A DNA stretch of 20,000 nucleotides from an uncultured virus (IMG/VR IMGVR_UViG_3300027749_000050) (Duplodnaviria > Heunggongvirae > Uroviricota > Caudoviricetes). Below are positions 8,846 to 18,160 of this stretch, in pieces; the first letter of the stretch is position 1, and each line of letters starts with the position of its first letter. The translations under genes and the position numbers were made by a program. The notes under the pieces were generated by a model. It was not told the origin of the DNA and did not search any database. It worked only from the letters and a program-made list of their open reading frames with translations. The stretch is taken from IMG/VR virus record IMGVR_UViG_3300027749_000050; one strand, 5' to 3'.

Positions 8846-11800
8846 TTATTTAATAATAATTCCGTTGTCTCTGTAATATTTATCCCTATCAAAAGTAGTA
8901 GGCTTATCAGCAACTGGTTGACCAGTGGCAGGATTCACAGCATTACTTGGATTAGATGGAGATTCTAAGTACTGTTGATATTGTTGTTGTGTATTACGAT
9001 TACTCACCATAAGCTCATAATATTTTTCATATAAATAGTTTATTATTTCATCAGGACTTTTAGAATTAGGCCCTACCAAAGGTATATCAATATCTTGAGA
9101 TTTTTGTTTAGTAACTGAAGTTAGTTGTTTAGTTTTAGGATCAGTAACATTTTCTCTAACATTATACTTAAGATTTACTGTTACAGCTGTAGGAGGATTT
9201 GCTTCTCCATTTGCTCCTACAGTACCATCAGTATTGGGAGTGGCAGTAAAATCAAATCCTGAAGCAGCTATTACAGGATCACATTTCATAGGTTTACCAC
9301 GTAATAAGTTTTGATACACATACATACCAGTGCTATTAGGAAGACTAGTTAATGTAGGACCAGTTGCTGTAGAAGATATTACTAAACTATATTGCTGTTG
9401 GTTTAACTGATCTAAATTAACTCCACCAATTTGTTGTTTTGTTTCAGCAGATATTTCTCCAATATTAAAACTAATAGTTTGCTTACCTCCAACACCAAGA
9501 GTTTTATATGTAAACCCTTGTATATACTTCTCTACATTTTCTTCTTTGTTTTGTAATAAGGCTCTTAAGGCAGCCATTGTAGAAGGATCTACAGGTTTAC
9601 CATCTGCACCATATATATCAGCATTAGCTGGAGATAAAGCTTCATTTAAAATATTAAATGATTTATCTTCTTGATGTTTTTTATCAAATGTATATGACCA
9701 TTCTGTACCAAGCTTTCCTGTTTTATCTCTATAAAATAATAAATCAGGAACAACATCTTCATTTGCTTTTGTTACTTTAGCAGCAAACTCTTCAGATGTT
9801 CCATATTTAGGAGTAAGTTGTTTATTATAAATATCATTCCAAGCACGAGGTCCATATATAATACCTTCTTCATTATTTGTTTTAATTAAACTATATTTTT
9901 TACCATCTAAGAAAATATCTCCTTGATCTGTTTGACCTAGTTCTCCTTTTATATATCTAGCTGCTACATCTTGTTTACTAAGTTTAAGAATATGTGTAGG
10001 ATTTGGATCACCATATGGTTGAAGTTCTAATGTAGGCATATCTTTAGATATATCATTAGCTGTAACAATATCCTTTTGACCATTGTGATCAATCACTATA
10101 TTCTTATACTCTGGGTTCTTTAAAACTTTTTTAAGAAGCTCTTGTCTGTTGGCTTCATTAGAATTATATGTATCTAAGTTTTGAACAGATGTCAAATAAC
10201 TCATCATTGCACCAAATTCATTTTGGTTTAATGGTACATCATTTCCCTCTTTTCCAAGTTCTAATCTCTTATTAAAATAATCTTGACCATATGCTATAAT
10301 AGCATTTCTTAATGAACCAGGTCCTGTTATTTTCTTTATACCAGCATTTTGTACAGCAGGATTATTTTGTAAAGCTTTACCAAGTTTATCTGTAGCTGCT
10401 TTTTGTTCTGCAGTAAAATTATAATCAGGAGAATTTTTATCATGAATAGATCTCACTTCATTCTTTAAAGCAGATGATATACTAGCTATTTCAGCATCAT
10501 TTAAATTAAGACCTGACTTAGTAACATATAATAAACCTTTAGGATCAAATATCATATCATGAGCACTTAAATAAGTCTCAGTCATTCTTTTATTATATAC
10601 TTCAGCAGCAGTAGTTGCACTAGCTGTTATATCTCCTGTTGTACCTAATCCAATATACCTACCTGTAGAAAATACATCTTCTCCTAAATCTGGAACTACT
10701 ACATCATTACCACTAGCATCTTTAATAGTTTTAGTTTTACCAGTGGTGCCTGTTCCTATAGGTTTAGGATTTTTTAATTCCCAATCTTTTTGTGCAAGCT
10801 CTGTAAGTTTATTGTTTTGAGCCCATACATCTTTTTGTTTTTCCCAAACATCATTAGAAGCATTTCTATTAAACTCAGCTTTTCTCATTTGCAAATTTTG
10901 AGCACTAAAGAAAGCTGAATTCTCTTTTATTTCTTTATTTTCTATTGATGATTTACCAGTGGCCCAATTATCTACAAGACGTTGTCTAGCAAGAGTGGCA
11001 AAATAAGAATCAGGATCTACTCTTAAAGCATCTGTTATTCTATTTTTATCTGTTTGATTAAAATATTTATAATCAGTATTTAAACCTTTTTCTTTACCTT
11101 CTAACGTTATTAAATCTTGATTTAATTTATCAACAAAATTTTTCTGTTGCTCAGTCATTGTTGATGGCATACTTTTAAGTACACCCATTATTTCACTTCT
11201 TTCAACATCTATAGAGTTTTGTCTTTTTTTATATCCTTGATCTAACTCAGTGATTACATCTTTAGACATAACATCTACAGATTGTTCATCTGTAAGATTA
11301 GGAAGAGACTTTCTAAGATTTTTTATTCTCTGTTCTTTTTCCACTATACCTGTAACACGAAATTGTTCATAAAAGTTATTACCAATTGTAGACTCAGCCC
11401 AGGTTTTAAACTTTTGTTTAGAACGTTCTCCATTCTTTGAACTAATTAAATAACCTCCATCTGGACTTTGCTCATCCCATTTAACTTCTAACTTTTGTTT
11501 AGTAGCTTCATCTTCTAAATACTTCTGTATGTTAGTAAATGGAACAGCCTCACGTTTTTCAATTTTAGAATAGGCATCTGCATTTCTACCAGCATTCTGA
11601 AGTTTTTCTAATCCATTATTTAAATACATCATAGCAATACCACTATACTGCTCTTTTGTTTTAGGATCATTGTCATCTCTCCAAGTTGTCAACTTTTGAG
11701 CTTGTCCTTGATACCACTTAGTTAAAGCACTATCTTTTAGCATAAACTGATCATCCCAAAATGGACTAAATATACTTTGAGCTGAAGCTACGTTTTCAGG

Positions 11801-12055
11801 CATAGAAAAATCTGAAGCAGATATTTTCTTTAATTCTTCTTTAGCTTGCTTTATATATTGATCTCTTAAAGGAATATTAGCTTTATCTGATAAAGGTGCA
11901 TTCAATACAGAATCATATGAACTTTTAGCTCTAGCTACTCCTTGATCATACAAAGCTTGCTTCTTCTGAAGCATCTTGTCAAAGAAGTTAAAATCCGGTT
12001 CATAGTTGACTGGTTCCGGAAAGATGTCTGTTATATTCGGTAGATATGTTGCCAT
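8846..12055 (-). CDS. Putative virion cargo / ejected protein, 1069 aa, function unknown
   Basis: Long ORF (ATG...TAA); coiled-coil-like N-terminal half (MATYLPNITDIFPEPVNYEPDFNFFDKMLQKKQALYDQG); lies immediately upstream of the giant RNAP gene. No catalytic motif recognised. Confidence 0.8.
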   Translation of the reverse strand: MATYLPNITDIFPEPVNYEPDFNFFDKMLQKKQALYDQGVARAKSSYDSVLNAPLSDKANIPLRDQYIKQAKEELKKISASDFSMPENVASAQSIFSPFWDDQFMLKDSALTKWYQGQAQKLTTWRDDNDPKTKEQYSGIAMMYLNNGLEKLQNAGRNADAYSKIEKREAVPFTNIQKYLEDEATKQKLEVKWDEQSPDGGYLISSKNGERSKQKFKTWAESTIGNNFYEQFRVTGIVEKEQRIKNLRKSLPNLTDEQSVDVMSKDVITELDQGYKKRQNSIDVERSEIMGVLKSMPSTMTEQQKNFVDKLNQDLITLEGKEKGLNTDYKYFNQTDKNRITDALRVDPDSYFATLARQRLVDNWATGKSSIENKEIKENSAFFSAQNLQMRKAEFNRNASNDVWEKQKDVWAQNNKLTELAQKDWELKNPKPIGTGTTGKTKTIKDASGNDVVVPDLGEDVFSTGRYIGLGTTGDITASATTAAEVYNKRMTETYLSAHDMIFDPKGLLYVTKSGLNLNDAEIASISSALKNEVRSIHDKNSPDYNFTAEQKAATDKLGKALQNNPAVQNAGIKKITGPGSLRNAIIAYGQDYFNKRLELGKEGNDVPLNQNEFGAMMSYLTSVQNLDTYNSNEANRQELLKKVLKNPEYKNIVIDHNGQKDIVTANDISKDMPTLELQPYGDPNPTHILKLSKQDVAARYIKGELGQTDQGDIFLDGKKYSLIKTNNEEGIIYGPRAWNDIYNKQLTPKYGTSEEFAAKVTKANEDVVPDLLFYRDKTGKLGTEWSYTFDKKHQEDKSFNILNEALSPANADIYGADGKPVDPSTMAALRALLQNKEENVEKYIQGFTYKTLGVGGKQTISFNIGEISAETKQQIGGVNLDQLNQQQYSLVISSTATGPTLTSLPNSTGMYVYQNLLRGKPMKCDPVIAASGFDFTATPNTDGTVGANGEANPPTAVTVNLKYNVRENVTDPKTKQLTSVTKQKSQDIDIPLVGPNSKSPDEIINYLYEKYYELMVSNRNTQQQYQQYLESPSNPSNAVNPATGQPVADKPTTFDRDKYYRDNGIIIK

Positions 12056-12117
12056 GTGTTACATTAATAATATACTATAAAATCTGTAAAGTTTAAAACT
12101 AAACTTAATAAGTTTAG
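12056..12117 (-). promoter_or_regulatory. Putative phage promoter/operator: overlapping inverted repeats plus TATATTAT element
   Basis: Longest intergenic gap. Perfect 9-bp inverted repeat CTAAACTTA-A-TAAGTTTAG (12099-12117); second pairing AAGTTTA(12089-12095)-AAAC-TAAACTT(12100-12106); minus-strand AGTATATTATTAATG ends 6 nt before the ATG at 12055. Confidence 0.5.
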
Positions 12118-15100
12118 CCACCATATAAATCTGTCATGTCATATCCATCCATATTGTTTGGATATGCATTTTGTGAACCACTCATCATTGCCATATATTG
12201 AGCTGCTGCATTTCTGCTATTACCTTGTCTATTTGATGCATTTCCTCCTGCAAATCCTGGAAACTTTTGTTGCATTAAAGCATTAATTGTCCTAGCATCT
12301 AATTTCATATCATTAAGTCTTTTTGCTTCAGCTACATATTGTGCATAGTCTGTTGAACTACTTCCTGAATTTTGACCACCTGTAATATTACCATAAGCAT
12401 CTGTACCTGGTCTCATTGTTACAGCACCATTTTGATTACTTATATTAAATCCTGGATTAGTCTCATTCATTAAATTCCATTTCCAAGATCTGTATTCTGC
12501 AGGTATAGCTACTTTAAGGTAATTATTAACATATGCTCTGTTAGCATTATCTTTATTTTGTAGTCCTGTTACTGTCTTATCTGAAAGTCTAGTTTTTCTA
12601 GCAGCTTTCCATTGATCTAATGCATTAGCAATATCCACTTGTTTATCAGCATATTGGTTAGCTACACCAACATTTTTATTTTGGTAGTCAGAAAGAATAC
12701 CAGCAGCTTTTTCTGCAGCTCCCATTTGAGTAGCCATTGCATTAGTAGAGTATCCTTGAACAGGTCCTTGATATCCAGCCATCATTGTTTTAGCTAATCC
12801 AGAGTTTTCAGCAAGAGCTCTACTTGGATCATAGAAAGTAGGAATAGGTATTCTAGCATTAGCATCAGCTTCAAAAGGAGGATATAATTTAGGAGGAAAC
12901 ATCAAAGCTCCTAAAGCAGCCCACTTATCAGGCTTAGCCCATCTTGGATTAGTACCCTTTCCTCCCCATCCAATACCTGTTCCTGGATGTGGAAAATCTT
13001 CATCATATGTAATTAGATCCTCACCTTCATTTATTTTTTCACATTTACCTGTAGTTGCATTTAAAGTGTAACCTGGAGGACATTCTGTTTTATCAGGAGT
13101 GCCAGCTACAGCAGGAGTAACAACTTCTGTTTTAGTTTGATACTCAGGATTTTCCTTAAGCATTTTATGCACTTTAGCATTATGAGCAGCTTTTTGTGCT
13201 GGAGTTAAACTTCTCCACCAAGCATTTTCATTAGGTACGTACTTTTTACCTGGAATAGTTTTAGTAACAGCATCTTGACCAGTGGTACCTTTAGTAATAT
13301 TAGGATCTTTTACATCAATTGTTTTAGTACCTTTTCTCCATGTATTAGTATTTCCTACTCTTGAATATCCTTGTTTTTCATAATTACTAATTTCAGCTTT
13401 AGGAACTTTACGTGGTGTACCATCATTTGTTTCTTCTTCTGACATCTCCATTCCTAATGCAGCATAAGGAATATAATCTCCACCATACTCCATACCATTA
13501 CCATACATGAATTGAGGAAGTCCATATGCACTATCAGCCATATTAGGAATATAACTACCACCATAAGCATAACCACCACCATACATACCCATAGGAGGTT
13601 GTCCTTCCATCATTTCTTGAGAAGGAGCTTGTTGTCCTTGAGGACCTTGCATCATTTGTTCTTGACCACCACCTTGTTGTTGGGCACCACCTTGCAGTTG
13701 TTCCATAACAAACTGAATAATTTCTTGAGCTTTATTTTCAGGAATCTTAGCTGCTATTAATTGTTGATATACTTGTTCAGGAGGCATTCCTTGCTTTATC
13801 ATATCAGCAACTTTTATTAAAAGAGTTTCATCAGGTGATGCTTGTCCTCCTTGAGCATAGCTACCACCGTACATAGCTTGATCTTGCATTTCATTTTCAA
13901 CACAATTAGCTCCATAACATCCTGTACTACCTCTATTTTTTCTACCTCTTCTTTCCTCTGCTTTTTCTCTAAGTCTCATTTTAAAGTTTTCAAATCCACC
14001 TCCAGTGTTACGTTCTTTTCTAGGTTCAGCCCATTGTGTAGGATACCATCCCCCTGTTATAGGAGTTGTATATGATTGTACACCATATGGATTACTATCC
14101 ATACTTGTTTGATCACTAGGAATACTATGTCTCTTCATAAAAAGAACACTAGGATGTTTTATAAATGCTTTAGCTGTTGCTCTTGCACTATTAAAATCAC
14201 TAACATTTCCTGTTTTTTCATTTTTATATTTATTAGCTGCCCCATACAAAGTTTCATAGAAGGGATCCATAGCTGTATAAGCATCAGATCCAAGTTGTTT
14301 TAATCTTTGTTCATCACAATCTACTACATTGCCTTGAGCATCTCTACATGGTTCACCACCTGTAAGAAATGGAGGCATACCATATTGTCCTTGATAATCA
14401 TCAGTCATTCCACCATAAGCCATACCATAATCAGGAATATAACTTCCTCCTTGATCAAAGTATGTACCTTGATAATAAGTACCATTGCCCCCTGGATTAA
14501 AAGTTTGTCCACCTCTTCTAAAGTCTCCACCGTATGCAGCCATTTGAGAAGGATCCATTCCTTGTTGTTGGGCCATCATCATTTGTTGTTCCTCTGGTGA
14601 CATCTGTTGAGGAGCAGCTTGTTGAGACATCATTCCTTGTTGAGGTTGTTGTTGAGCAGCACCTGCTCCCATTTGTTGCATAACACTTTGTATAATAGCA
14701 ATAGCTTTCTTCTGAGGAATTTTAGCTTGTACTAATTCTTGTAAAACTTCTTCTGGCTTAGCTCCTTGTTGTAACATTTGAGCTACTCCTTGAATTATTT
14801 GTTGATCTTTACTACCACCTTTACTTCTTTTCTGACCACCTCTTGCATACATATCTTCTTCTCCCCCATAATCAAACATCCCACCATATGCCATATAAGG
14901 ATCCATATTATAAGAAGGAACAAATCCACCATTATCAAACATACCTCCATAAGCCATGCCTGGTTGTTGTGGAGCTTCTTGACCTTCATTAGAATTTTGT
15001 TGAGTACGTTGTTGTTGTTTCATTAATGATTCTGCCACTTTAGGAATACCTTGAGGAAATCCTTTTTTACCTTCTTGTACTAAAGCAAGTTCAGCAAGTT

Positions 15101-15605
15101 TCTTTTCATAATTTGCCATCATATTTTTTGCAGTTTTTTTAGCTAAAGCATCTGAATTAGGATTATTAAGAATAGCTTTATATTTATTAATGTCATACTG
15201 TTTAGCAAGCTCGGCTGGAGTGTACTTTTTCTTATCATTCTTACCTTTGCCAAAATGTGAAAGTATTGGGCCTCCCAATTTCATCTTCTTAGTATTAGAA
15301 TAAATAAAAGTTCCTTCTGGTACATTTAGAGGTGTTCCTCCTTCACTATGTAATCTACCAGGAATTTTCATATGTTCTCTTTGACCATCTCCATCAAAAT
15401 CACCATATGCTGTTTCTCCTTTTTCAGCTTCTATATTAGCTTGATTACGAGGAACAGGTTTTATTGTACTTCCTACATCATCATAAGGATTGTCAGCCAT
15501 ATTGGAATAAATCCCTCTATGGTTTAAGCTAAGACCGTAGCTAGATTGTCCACCGTATTTCATTTGCTGGGGAGCTTTTTCAACAATCACTTTAAATTTT
15601 TTCAT
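12114..15605 (-). CDS. Putative virion cargo protein, 1163 aa, with low-complexity Q/M/G/Y centre and many Phi-x-x-G-G motifs
   Basis: N-terminal domain ANIEAEKGE...G.LHSEGGTP...GTFIYS resembles a block I associate with crAss-like cargo proteins; central disordered region; helical C-terminal region; ends DLYGG-stop. Confidence 0.82.
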   Translation of the reverse strand: MKKFKVIVEKAPQQMKYGGQSSYGLSLNHRGIYSNMADNPYDDVGSTIKPVPRNQANIEAEKGETAYGDFDGDGQREHMKIPGRLHSEGGTPLNVPEGTFIYSNTKKMKLGGPILSHFGKGKNDKKKYTPAELAKQYDINKYKAILNNPNSDALAKKTAKNMMANYEKKLAELALVQEGKKGFPQGIPKVAESLMKQQQRTQQNSNEGQEAPQQPGMAYGGMFDNGGFVPSYNMDPYMAYGGMFDYGGEEDMYARGGQKRSKGGSKDQQIIQGVAQMLQQGAKPEEVLQELVQAKIPQKKAIAIIQSVMQQMGAGAAQQQPQQGMMSQQAAPQQMSPEEQQMMMAQQQGMDPSQMAAYGGDFRRGGQTFNPGGNGTYYQGTYFDQGGSYIPDYGMAYGGMTDDYQGQYGMPPFLTGGEPCRDAQGNVVDCDEQRLKQLGSDAYTAMDPFYETLYGAANKYKNEKTGNVSDFNSARATAKAFIKHPSVLFMKRHSIPSDQTSMDSNPYGVQSYTTPITGGWYPTQWAEPRKERNTGGGFENFKMRLREKAEERRGRKNRGSTGCYGANCVENEMQDQAMYGGSYAQGGQASPDETLLIKVADMIKQGMPPEQVYQQLIAAKIPENKAQEIIQFVMEQLQGGAQQQGGGQEQMMQGPQGQQAPSQEMMEGQPPMGMYGGGYAYGGSYIPNMADSAYGLPQFMYGNGMEYGGDYIPYAALGMEMSEEETNDGTPRKVPKAEISNYEKQGYSRVGNTNTWRKGTKTIDVKDPNITKGTTGQDAVTKTIPGKKYVPNENAWWRSLTPAQKAAHNAKVHKMLKENPEYQTKTEVVTPAVAGTPDKTECPPGYTLNATTGKCEKINEGEDLITYDEDFPHPGTGIGWGGKGTNPRWAKPDKWAALGALMFPPKLYPPFEADANARIPIPTFYDPSRALAENSGLAKTMMAGYQGPVQGYSTNAMATQMGAAEKAAGILSDYQNKNVGVANQYADKQVDIANALDQWKAARKTRLSDKTVTGLQNKDNANRAYVNNYLKVAIPAEYRSWKWNLMNETNPGFNISNQNGAVTMRPGTDAYGNITGGQNSGSSSTDYAQYVAEAKRLNDMKLDARTINALMQQKFPGFAGGNASNRQGNSRNAAAQYMAMMSGSQNAYPNNMDGYDMTDLYGG
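13692..14807 (-). repeat. Duplicated ~47-aa three-helix unit (copies at 14807-14667 and 13832-13692)
   Basis: DQQIIQGVAQMLQQGAKPEEVLQELVQAKIPQKKAIAIIQSVMQQMG versus DETLLIKVADMIKQGMPPEQVYQQLIAAKIPENKAQEIIQFVMEQLQ; ungapped alignment. Confidence 0.88.
14862..14957 (-). repeat. 33-bp direct repeat with 63-bp spacing encoding MAYGGMFD(N/Y)GG
   Basis: Copies at 14957-14925 and 14894-14862; 10 of 11 aa identical, with synonymous DNA differences. Confidence 0.85.
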
Positions 15606-15623
15606 AAGTTTATTATTAGACCG

Positions 15624-18155
15624 TTATATAAATTTTACATTACCACCATTATTTAATATTTCTCTTATTTCATCTTCAGTTAATTCATACTCTTCCCCTT
15701 CATTATAATTGTTTGGAGCATTAGTTTCTCCACCTTCTTCAAATGAATATCTTTTAATTATATCAGGACTTTTTGAATTTTCCCATTTAGCAAATTGAAT
15801 AAGTAGATTGTTAATTTCTTTAGAAGTTAGTTCGGTGAGTTTCTTATCTCCTCCCATTGATTTTACTATATCAGGAGTAGATGGATTAGTTATATTAGGA
15901 TTTCCACTCACCCATTTATTTCTAGCTTGAGCTATTGTTAATCCTGCTCCAGCATATCCTCCTCCCATTAATAAATCTTTTGCAGCTTTGACACCAACCT
16001 CAGGAGTTGGAAATGCTGCAATATATCCTCCATTATCTTCTCCACCCACTGTAGCATTATATTTTTTAGTAAAATCTCCATAGTGAATATTTAATGGATT
16101 GTTTGTAACAGTTGGATCAACACTCCCAGTAGAATTTTTTTCTTTAGGAAAGTCTATATTAAAATTAAATATTCTACTTGGATCTACCAAATCCCCAGAA
16201 GGATTTCTATAAGTAAAATGTAAATGTGGACCAGTTGAATTTCCTGTATTTCCAGATAGAGCAATCACTTGACCTTTAGATACATTATCCCCTACCTTTA
16301 CTTTATACCCATTTAAATGAGCATATCCTGTTCTTGATCCATCTTCATGTTCTATAACAAGTTGATTACCTCCTAATCCATTACTATAAATACTTTTAAC
16401 CACTCCATTCATTGGAGCAAATACATCACTATTAATAGCTACACCTAAATCAAGTCCATTATGATTTGTAGAAGCTCCTTTTAAAGGTGCATTTCTAGAT
16501 CCATACCCACTTGTTATTTTAAAGTTTTGTACAGGAAGCATGTAATCAGAATCAGAACTAGCTGCATCTACATTACTTAAGTTACTTTGTGAATTTGAAG
16601 ATGGTTGCTTTGAAGTTGCATCTAAAGATATTACATCAAGAGGAATGTCTGGTGCAGATTCTTCAATAATACCTCCACCAAAAGCCATCTCATTTAATTC
16701 ACCACCATACTTTCCTAATGAAAGACCTGGAGCTAGTTCATTAGTGTACATTCCTTTATTTACAACGTATCTCTTAGGATCATATACACCTTCTTGTGTA
16801 TAATCACCACGAGATCCCACTGTTCCTACAGGCATGGAAACCGGAGCATTAAATCTACTTTGAAGTTGTTTTCTTTTCATTTCTTTTGCTATCCTCTCAT
16901 TATCAATATAACTAGTAATAGCATTTGTAACTCCTAAACCCATTTCAATACTACCAGCAATTTTAGCTGGAGTTTGCAAAGCTTTATTAACATTGTTAAA
17001 AGATTTATCAGTCCAGTTTGCAAACTTTTGACCCCAATTTATTTTTGGAGTTACAACGTCTGGTTCACTTGTACTATTAAGATCTGTTGAATATAATTTT
17101 GGGGCACCTGTATTTACACCAGGAGTAATTGTTTTATTTCCATCACCTGTAACAATTGTTTTTTGAGGTAAGTAAGCATCATTAGGATTTTGTCCATTGA
17201 TGTCTAAATTAGCATCCCATAAACCAGGCATAGGTTGTTGTGTAAATCCTGACAACTGAGTAGGTTCAGGTGCTCCTGGATTATCAACTTTTTTTAAAGA
17301 TTTATTACCATACTTCTGTCCTATTATTTTAGTAAAGTTGGGAAGCTTTGCTGCATAATCTATTTCTTCATCTTGCTTAGGTGCCTGAGGACCACTAACT
17401 GTAGGTACAGGAGCTTGTGTAACTGGTGCCGTACTTACAGGAGGTGCTGCTGTTTTAGTATTTCCAGGTTGTGTTACATACTCATTAGCTATATTACCTA
17501 CACCTTGATAATAACCCGTATGAAAATCCTTCATGTTTTGTGGGTTCTTCCCACTATTAAGACCTAGATTATAATATCTACTTTGTTCAGAATCTAAATT
17601 TTTAAGAAACTCTGTAGGATTATTATTATATGCAGCTAACACCTGATCTTTACGATTCTTCCAATCATCTCCTGTAAATTGATCAGGAGATAAATTTTTA
17701 CGTTGTAATTTAGTAGCTGCTCTTTCTTCAGGACTCATAGGATCCACTCCTTTAAAACTACTACCAGCCACCATAAGTTCACCATATGGATCACCTGTAT
17801 TAACAGCTAATTGTAAAGCTCTTGTTCTTAAACCTGGTGGTAAATCTTTTACTTTAGACCAATAATTATCATAATAGTATTTTTTAGCATCATCTTTATT
17901 TCCTATTTTTTGCATAATAGGTTTTCCTTGGGGATCTTTTTTACCAGTGTCATATTCAGTTAGGTTAGTACCCCAATTAGAACCACCCCCTACATATCCT
18001 TTAGTACCAGCTGAACTACCTTCTTGCTCGTAGTCCATCATAAAGTTAATGGCTTTTTCAAATTCAGGATCATATGGTGCATCTGTAGTTAGATTAGTTG
18101 TTTCAAAACCTAATGCTGCTTTTGGTAGTACACCTGTTATTTTTATTCTTGGCAT
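15624..18155 (-). CDS. Virion-associated multidomain peptidoglycan hydrolase (GH108-like + M23 peptidase + NNPxNI lysozyme-like), 843 aa
   Basis: M23 motifs intact: ITSGYG, HNGLD (16463-16449), YAHL, GNTGNSTGPHLHF (HLH 16226-16218). N-terminal FEKAINFMMDYE...GGSNWG...AKKYYYDNYW...LP...LAVNTG resembles GH108. C-terminal NNPLNI...AAFPTPEVGVKAA...LTIAQARNKW resembles phage virion lysozyme-like proteins. Confidence 0.88.
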   Translation of the reverse strand: MPRIKITGVLPKAALGFETTNLTTDAPYDPEFEKAINFMMDYEQEGSSAGTKGYVGGGSNWGTNLTEYDTGKKDPQGKPIMQKIGNKDDAKKYYYDNYWSKVKDLPPGLRTRALQLAVNTGDPYGELMVAGSSFKGVDPMSPEERAATKLQRKNLSPDQFTGDDWKNRKDQVLAAYNNNPTEFLKNLDSEQSRYYNLGLNSGKNPQNMKDFHTGYYQGVGNIANEYVTQPGNTKTAAPPVSTAPVTQAPVPTVSGPQAPKQDEEIDYAAKLPNFTKIIGQKYGNKSLKKVDNPGAPEPTQLSGFTQQPMPGLWDANLDINGQNPNDAYLPQKTIVTGDGNKTITPGVNTGAPKLYSTDLNSTSEPDVVTPKINWGQKFANWTDKSFNNVNKALQTPAKIAGSIEMGLGVTNAITSYIDNERIAKEMKRKQLQSRFNAPVSMPVGTVGSRGDYTQEGVYDPKRYVVNKGMYTNELAPGLSLGKYGGELNEMAFGGGIIEESAPDIPLDVISLDATSKQPSSNSQSNLSNVDAASSDSDYMLPVQNFKITSGYGSRNAPLKGASTNHNGLDLGVAINSDVFAPMNGVVKSIYSNGLGGNQLVIEHEDGSRTGYAHLNGYKVKVGDNVSKGQVIALSGNTGNSTGPHLHFTYRNPSGDLVDPSRIFNFNIDFPKEKNSTGSVDPTVTNNPLNIHYGDFTKKYNATVGGEDNGGYIAAFPTPEVGVKAAKDLLMGGGYAGAGLTIAQARNKWVSGNPNITNPSTPDIVKSMGGDKKLTELTSKEINNLLIQFAKWENSKSPDIIKRYSFEEGGETNAPNNYNEGEEYELTEDEIREILNNGGNVKFI
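16170..16545 (-). other. Peptidase M23 domain
   Basis: HxxxD and HxH zinc ligands and the catalytic YAHL histidine are all present. Confidence 0.95.
17500..18062 (-). other. Divergent glycoside hydrolase family 108-like domain plus PG_binding_3-like segment
   Basis: Order and spacing of E, GGxxxG, A..YY..YW, LP, AVNxG, then RYYNL...P....DF..GY, parallel the GH108 lysozyme architecture; the canonical EGGY is altered to YEQEG. Confidence 0.65.
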
Positions 18156-18160
18156 AGTAA

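Noticed and set aside
12089..12117. Intrinsic terminator after the 1163-aa gene
   Set aside because: The stem is almost all A/T with a minimal loop and only a 4-nt U run; kept as a generic regulatory palindrome instead.
14795..14989. 64-aa hydrophobic alternative-frame ORF that could pass for a holin or spanin
   Set aside because: Its repeated (L/H)MxxCLIM pattern is the shifted reading of the MAYGGMFD repeat; no lipobox or independent translation signal.
15387..15401. DFDGD in the 1163-aa protein, matching the core of the multisubunit RNAP catalytic motif NADFDGD
   Set aside because: Context is AYGDFDGDGQ in a short loop of the small EAEKGE...HSEGG domain with no double-psi barrel features; more like a DxDxDG Ca-binding loop. 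The RNAP-like motifs are in the giant ORF.
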